Assembly (NCBI GenBank): GCA_003140935.1
Contig: PLLJ01000039.1
Location: forward strand, 12,007-76,006
Length of the DNA stretch: 64,000 nucleotides
Source of the DNA: Candidatus Omnitrophota bacterium
Lineage (GTDB): Bacteria; Omnitrophota; Omnitrophia; Omnitrophales; Aquincolibacteriaceae
Reading direction: 5' to 3'
The position numbers and the translations under genes are program-made. The notes below the pieces were generated by a model, which was not told the DNA's origin, did not search any database, and saw only the letters and a list, made by a program, of their open reading frames with translations. Positions 60,595 to 64,000 of the stretch are shown piece after piece. The first letter of the stretch is position 1. Every line of letters begins with the position of its first letter.

Positions 60595-61430
60595 ATGTAC
60601 CCCAGACTGCGCAGCTTTTGCATGGTGTAGGCATTCTCTTTATCCTGAGCGCGGCCGCTCCGCTCCGCGACCCGGGTGGTTTCAAGCTCTTTAACGATCT
60701 TGCGGATCGTGTCGGCGCGGGAATCCACCGGGGAACAGCAGGAAGCACAACCAATGCTTCTATAGCGCCTCCCGTTCTTCGCCAGATAAAGATCCACGAT
60801 CGGGATCTTTTCCCGCTCCACGTATCTCCAGATGTCCAGTTCGGTCCAGTGGAGCATGGGATGGACGCGGGAATGTTCGCCTTTCCCGATCTCGGACTGA
60901 TAGAGGTTCCACAGTTCGGCCGGCTGGTCCTTGTAATTCCATTGAAAGTCAAGGGTCCGCGGAGAAAAATAGCGTTCTTTAGCGCGGATCCCGTGCTCGT
61001 CGCGGCGGATCGCCAGAAAAAGAGCCTTGAGGTCACGTTCATGGATGGTGCTCTTGAGGGCCTCGGTTTTCAGCGCGTGGCAGCAGGCGAATTTTTCTTT
61101 TTGCGGAGACATGCCGGCGCGCAATGCCGCCTCATTTTTACTGACGAGAAGATCCAAACCCCACTCCCGGGCGTAGCGGTCCCTGAAGGCGTAGATCTCT
61201 TTGAATTTGTAACTCGTGTCGATGTGGATAACAGGGAAAGGGATCTGTCCGAAGAAGGCTTTCCGCGCGATCCAAAGCATGACGGTCGAATCCTTACCGA
61301 TGGACCAAAGCAGGGCGGTGTTCTTGAAGCGGTTGTGAGCTTCCCGAAGAATATAGATCGTTTTATTTTCAAGTTCGCTGATAGGATCCAAAGCGGTCCG
61401 GCCTCCCCCTGAAAAAGGTGCATCTTGCAA
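60591..61430 (-). CDS. cysD: Sulfate adenylyltransferase subunit 2
   Basis: WSIGKDS, HIDT..KF, RRDE…RAKER.FS, W.ELDIW.Y, ERSGRAQD…GYM. Confidence 0.93.
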   Translation of the reverse strand: MQDAPFSGGGRTALDPISELENKTIYILREAHNRFKNTALLWSIGKDSTVMLWIARKAFFGQIPFPVIHIDTSYKFKEIYAFRDRYAREWGLDLLVSKNEAALRAGMSPQKEKFACCHALKTEALKSTIHERDLKALFLAIRRDEHGIRAKERYFSPRTLDFQWNYKDQPAELWNLYQSEIGKGEHSRVHPMLHWTELDIWRYVEREKIPIVDLYLAKNGRRYRSIGCASCCSPVDSRADTIRKIVKELETTRVAERSGRAQDKENAYTMQKLRSLGYM

Positions 61431-61606
61431 GGACGCATTTTAGTCTATCAGGCGACCGAGACCTAGAAAAAACCGACAGGGTCCTTGCGTAAATCCACGC
61501 AGAAAGTCCTGCCGCCCGCCCAACCCACTTAAAACAAAAAGCACTTTTTTATCTCGGAAGTTGCTTTATTTGTTATATTATGCCTCGCTTTAGCGGCTTA
61601 TTTCAC

Positions 61607-61701
61607 GGAGGGGTCGCATAGCCCGGTTTAGTGCGGCGGTTTGCTAAACCGCTGTGGCGCCTAAAGCGTCACCGGGGGTTCAAATCCCCCCCCCTCCGCC
61701 A
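61607..61701 (+). tRNA. tRNA-Ser (GCT)
   Basis: GGAGGGG…CCCCTCC-G-CCA acceptor, anticodon GCGGT-TT-GCT-AA-ACCGC, long variable arm, GGTTCAAATCC. Confidence 0.95.
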
Positions 61702-61765
61702 TTTATTTTGTTAATCAATGATGGCCAAGGCGGTAGCCAAGAAAGCCGCCGCCCTTGAACGGGAA

Positions 61766-61872
61766 GGGGATTTGAAGGGAGCGCTTGTCACAAACATCAC
61801 TCTTTTGATGTTTGTAAGCGCGGGTGGCCGACCTGGAGCGAAAGCGAAAGGCGCCAAATCCCCCCCCCTCCG
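61766..61872. repeat. tRNA-associated element, copy 1
   Basis: GGGGATTTGAA (reverse complement of tRNA 61679-61689), then a hairpin core, then an exact 18-nt copy of tRNA 61681-61698 at 61855-61872. Confidence 0.85.
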
Positions 61873-61972
61873 TTGTTCTTATGAACAACGACGACATCGT
61901 GACGGACTAAGGAAGTCCACTTACGATGCTCGCCGCAGGCTGCGAATTGAAAAGAGCAGGAGATTATTTCTT

Positions 61973-62536
61973 ATGACAAAACGTGCGAAAGCAAAAAAAA
62001 CCAAAAGATCTCCGGCAACGAAAAACGAATTGCCGGACCTTGTCACCATCATGACGAAATTCGTGGAAAGGCTCGAGACCCTGGAAAGAAAAACAGACCA
62101 GGTCATCGGCCGGATCACGGCTTTTCCGACCGAGGTGAGGCGTGCGGTGCAGGACCTTCAGCGGCCGCAAGCATCCTATTCTGCACAGCCGGCTCCGCGG
62201 ACGGAGCAAACGCCTCATCCAAACCAGGGCCAGCGCGAAAGAATTCTCTATCAGGCGGTTTGCGCGGATTGCCAAAAGCGCTGCGAAGTTCCCTTCAAGC
62301 CGAGCGGGGACCGTCCGGTCTATTGCCCGGAATGTTTTGCGATCCGGAAAGCCGGACATGTTCCTAAGGATTTGACCTCGCATGTTGTTGTGCCGCAGCA
62401 CTTAAGGGTGTTGCCGACTGCCCCCGGAGGAGAATCCAAGGAGGCGGCCGGAGCTCTCAAAGGCAAACAGCGCAAATCTGCGAAAAGCGGCAAAAAGCCT
62501 GTTTCCAAATCCCGCGGCAAAAAAAAGAAAAAGTAA
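61973..62536 (+). CDS. CxxC-x17-CxxC zinc-ribbon protein with basic termini
   Basis: CADCQKRCEVPFKPSGDRPVYCPEC. ATG 61973 follows an AGGAG RBS; coiled-coil N-part; Lys-rich tail. Confidence 0.8.
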   Translation: MTKRAKAKKTKRSPATKNELPDLVTIMTKFVERLETLERKTDQVIGRITAFPTEVRRAVQDLQRPQASYSAQPAPRTEQTPHPNQGQRERILYQAVCADCQKRCEVPFKPSGDRPVYCPECFAIRKAGHVPKDLTSHVVVPQHLRVLPTAPGGESKEAAGALKGKQRKSAKSGKKPVSKSRGKKKKK

Positions 62537-62823
62537 AACAAACGCGGGTATTTTTCAAGCGTTCGAAAAATCCACTCGCAGGTCCCTCTCCCATATTCTA
62601 AAAACACACTTCGACGTCTTTTTCTTCGGCGGGCGCTCTCGGCCCTTCCCCTCCAGCCAATCCCTCAAAAGAATAGCAGGCCGCCCTCGTATCTTTACAA
62701 GGGGGAAAAAAGTCAAAATAAAGAGCAAAACCGCTCTAGGCTAGCGAATCTTTGGAGATTACACTTCAAGCGGGTCCGAATGTCGCTTGGGAATGAAAGG
62801 CTTTGATCCCAAAGGAGGAGCTC

Positions 62824-63210
62824 ATGGGACAAGTAATCATGTTGGTCGACGATGACGATGCCTTTTTAGAAGAAATGGGCCAGCTTTTGAACTCCAGCGG
62901 TTATGAAACCGTGGAAGTCCATGAAGCCCGCATGGTGGCGGACATCGCGCGAATGATACGGCCGGCATTGATCCTTATGGATTTGAGGATGCCGGGGCAA
63001 AACGGATATGAGATCGCGTTTGAATTAAAAGACATGCCGGAACTGGCGCAGATCCCCGTCATCGCGATGAGCGGTCTTCCGGACCAAAAAACATCGATCT
63101 ACTTGGAATTGAGCAAGATACGGAAATTCCTTCAAAAGCCTTTCAGCCCGCTCGACATTATCTGGTCGATCGAAGAAACCTTGAGCCAAGAGCAAGCCGT
63201 TCTCGCTTGA
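62824..63210 (+). CDS. Single-domain response regulator
   Basis: VDDD, LMDLRMPG.NG, IAMS, QKPF. ATG 62824 after AAGGAGGAG. Confidence 0.9.
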   Translation: MGQVIMLVDDDDAFLEEMGQLLNSSGYETVEVHEARMVADIARMIRPALILMDLRMPGQNGYEIAFELKDMPELAQIPVIAMSGLPDQKTSIYLELSKIRKFLQKPFSPLDIIWSIEETLSQEQAVLA

Positions 63211-63410
63211 CGGCCGGGAGACGCTGCTCGGAAGCTTCTAGAGCATAAATCACGAGCGATGACGTTCCGACAACTCCATTTAAGCCGATTCCACAAAAGG
63301 GACACTGTTCAACGACTTATCCAAGAATCTACTCTTGTATTTCCCTCCAGGATACGTATGCTGACACCTCCCTCTTAGTTTTAACGGCCCACTAACCACG
63401 GAGGAAATTT

Positions 63411-63524
63411 ATGGGAACACAAGACAAAGGAAAAGAAAGAGGCTCGCAGAAGAAAGCTCCCAAACATACTCTTATGGAGAAGAGAAAAATCAAGGAAGAA
63501 AAAAGAAAGAACAAATATTCTTAG
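63411..63524 (+). CDS. Small basic protein (37 aa)
   Basis: GGAGG RBS; MGTQDKGKERGSQKKAPKHTLMEKRKIKEEKRKNKYS*. Confidence 0.55.
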   Translation: MGTQDKGKERGSQKKAPKHTLMEKRKIKEEKRKNKYS

Positions 63525-63595
63525 GGAGAAAAGCGGCCGCTATCAAAAAAAACGCTGCCAAGAAGGTTATTTAACGTCTTTGAGGTGTAATTGTT

Positions 63596-63623
63596 TTTAC
63601 AATTCATCTAAAACCCGTATAAT
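63596..63623 (+). promoter_or_regulatory. Sigma70 promoter upstream of tRNA-Arg
   Basis: TTTACA-16 nt-TATAAT. Confidence 0.55.
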
Positions 63624-63740
63624 CGCTCCCTCTGAGCGTTCTTATGGACACCCAATAAACAGCGAGCACGTTTTCGTTGTTTTTTACGGACAAGAACTGA
63701 AGTTGTAAGCCTTACCTCCGTAAGAAGATACATAAAGTTT

Positions 63741-63814
63741 GCGCCCGTAGCTCAATTGGATAGAGCACCACACTACGGATGTGGGGGTTGCAGGTTCAAC
63801 TCCTGCCGGGCGCG
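63741..63814 (+). tRNA. tRNA-Arg (ACG), CCA not encoded
   Basis: GCGCCCG…CGGGCGC-G acceptor, anticodon CCACA-CT-ACG-GA-TGTGG, GGTTCAACTCC. Confidence 0.95.
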
Positions 63815-63819
63815 CGATT

Positions 63820-63853
63820 AAAAAGGCATCCCCGCAAAGGGGGTGCCTTTTTT
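63820..63853. terminator. Intrinsic (bidirectional-type) terminator after tRNA-Arg
   Basis: AAAAAGGCATCCCC-GCAAA-GGGGGTGCCTTTTTT. Confidence 0.85.
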
Positions 63854-63865
63854 ATGGATGCCTTT

Positions 63866-63969
63866 GCAGGAGTTGAAGGGAGGAGCGTTTTTGAACATGA
63901 CCCAAAGTCATGTTTAAACGATGGGTGGCCTACCTGAGCGAAGTGAAGGAGCCAACTCCTGCCGGGCGC
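63866..63969. repeat. tRNA-associated element, copy 2
   Basis: GCAGGAGTTGAA (reverse complement of tRNA 63795-63806), then a hairpin core, then an exact 17-nt copy of tRNA 63797-63813 at 63953-63969. Confidence 0.85.
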
Positions 63970-64000
63970 ACTTATTCTCTATGAACAAGCACGGCATCGT

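Noticed and set aside
57155-61606. Integrative island between the tRNA-Ser genes
   Set aside because: No integrase, transposase or att duplication bounding it. Reported only as a cassette.
61718-61972. N-terminal 85 aa of the 272-aa ORF
   Set aside because: It reads through the tRNA-associated element. A better start with RBS is ATG 61973.

Overview
A 64-kb chromosomal window spanning the replication origin of a diderm bacterium. A PVC-superphylum affiliation (e.g. Omnitrophota) is my unverified guess from gene content. Genes left of ~47.4 kb lie almost all on the minus strand and genes right of it mostly on the plus strand, switching at rpmH/dnaA. The origin region has DnaA boxes, a DnaA-box/DnaA-trio unwinding element and two parS sites. 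Housekeeping blocks: rpsP-trmD-rplS-rnhB-yraN; polA-coaE-rho-rpmE-prfA-prmC-murA; rpmH-rnpA-yidD-yidC-mnmG-parAB; dnaA-dnaN-dciA-gyrBA-serS; three tRNAs. The most unusual content: (1) an intact but cofactor-stripped Rnf-like operon (C, D, a 36-aa G remnant, E, A; no B) directly behind a biotin operon that carries its own FabF and FabG; (2) an eight-gene minus-strand run (class III aminotransferase, alpha/beta hydrolase, HAD phosphatase, GNAT/FemAB-like protein, two small EamA/ArnEF-like proteins, a POTRA-less Omp85 barrel and an exported kinase-fold protein) that looks like an uncharacterised envelope aminolipid synthesis/export system; (3) two ~105-nt elements downstream of tRNA-Ser(GCT) and tRNA-Arg(ACG) that share a core but whose ends are customised inverted and direct copies of the adjacent tRNA's own 3' arm; (4) a structured ~175-nt RNA candidate upstream of polA; (5) a beta-glucan GH94/GH144-like module and a cysDN plus alkaline-phosphatase-superfamily cassette. 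All calls come from motif recognition by eye; no database searches were run.
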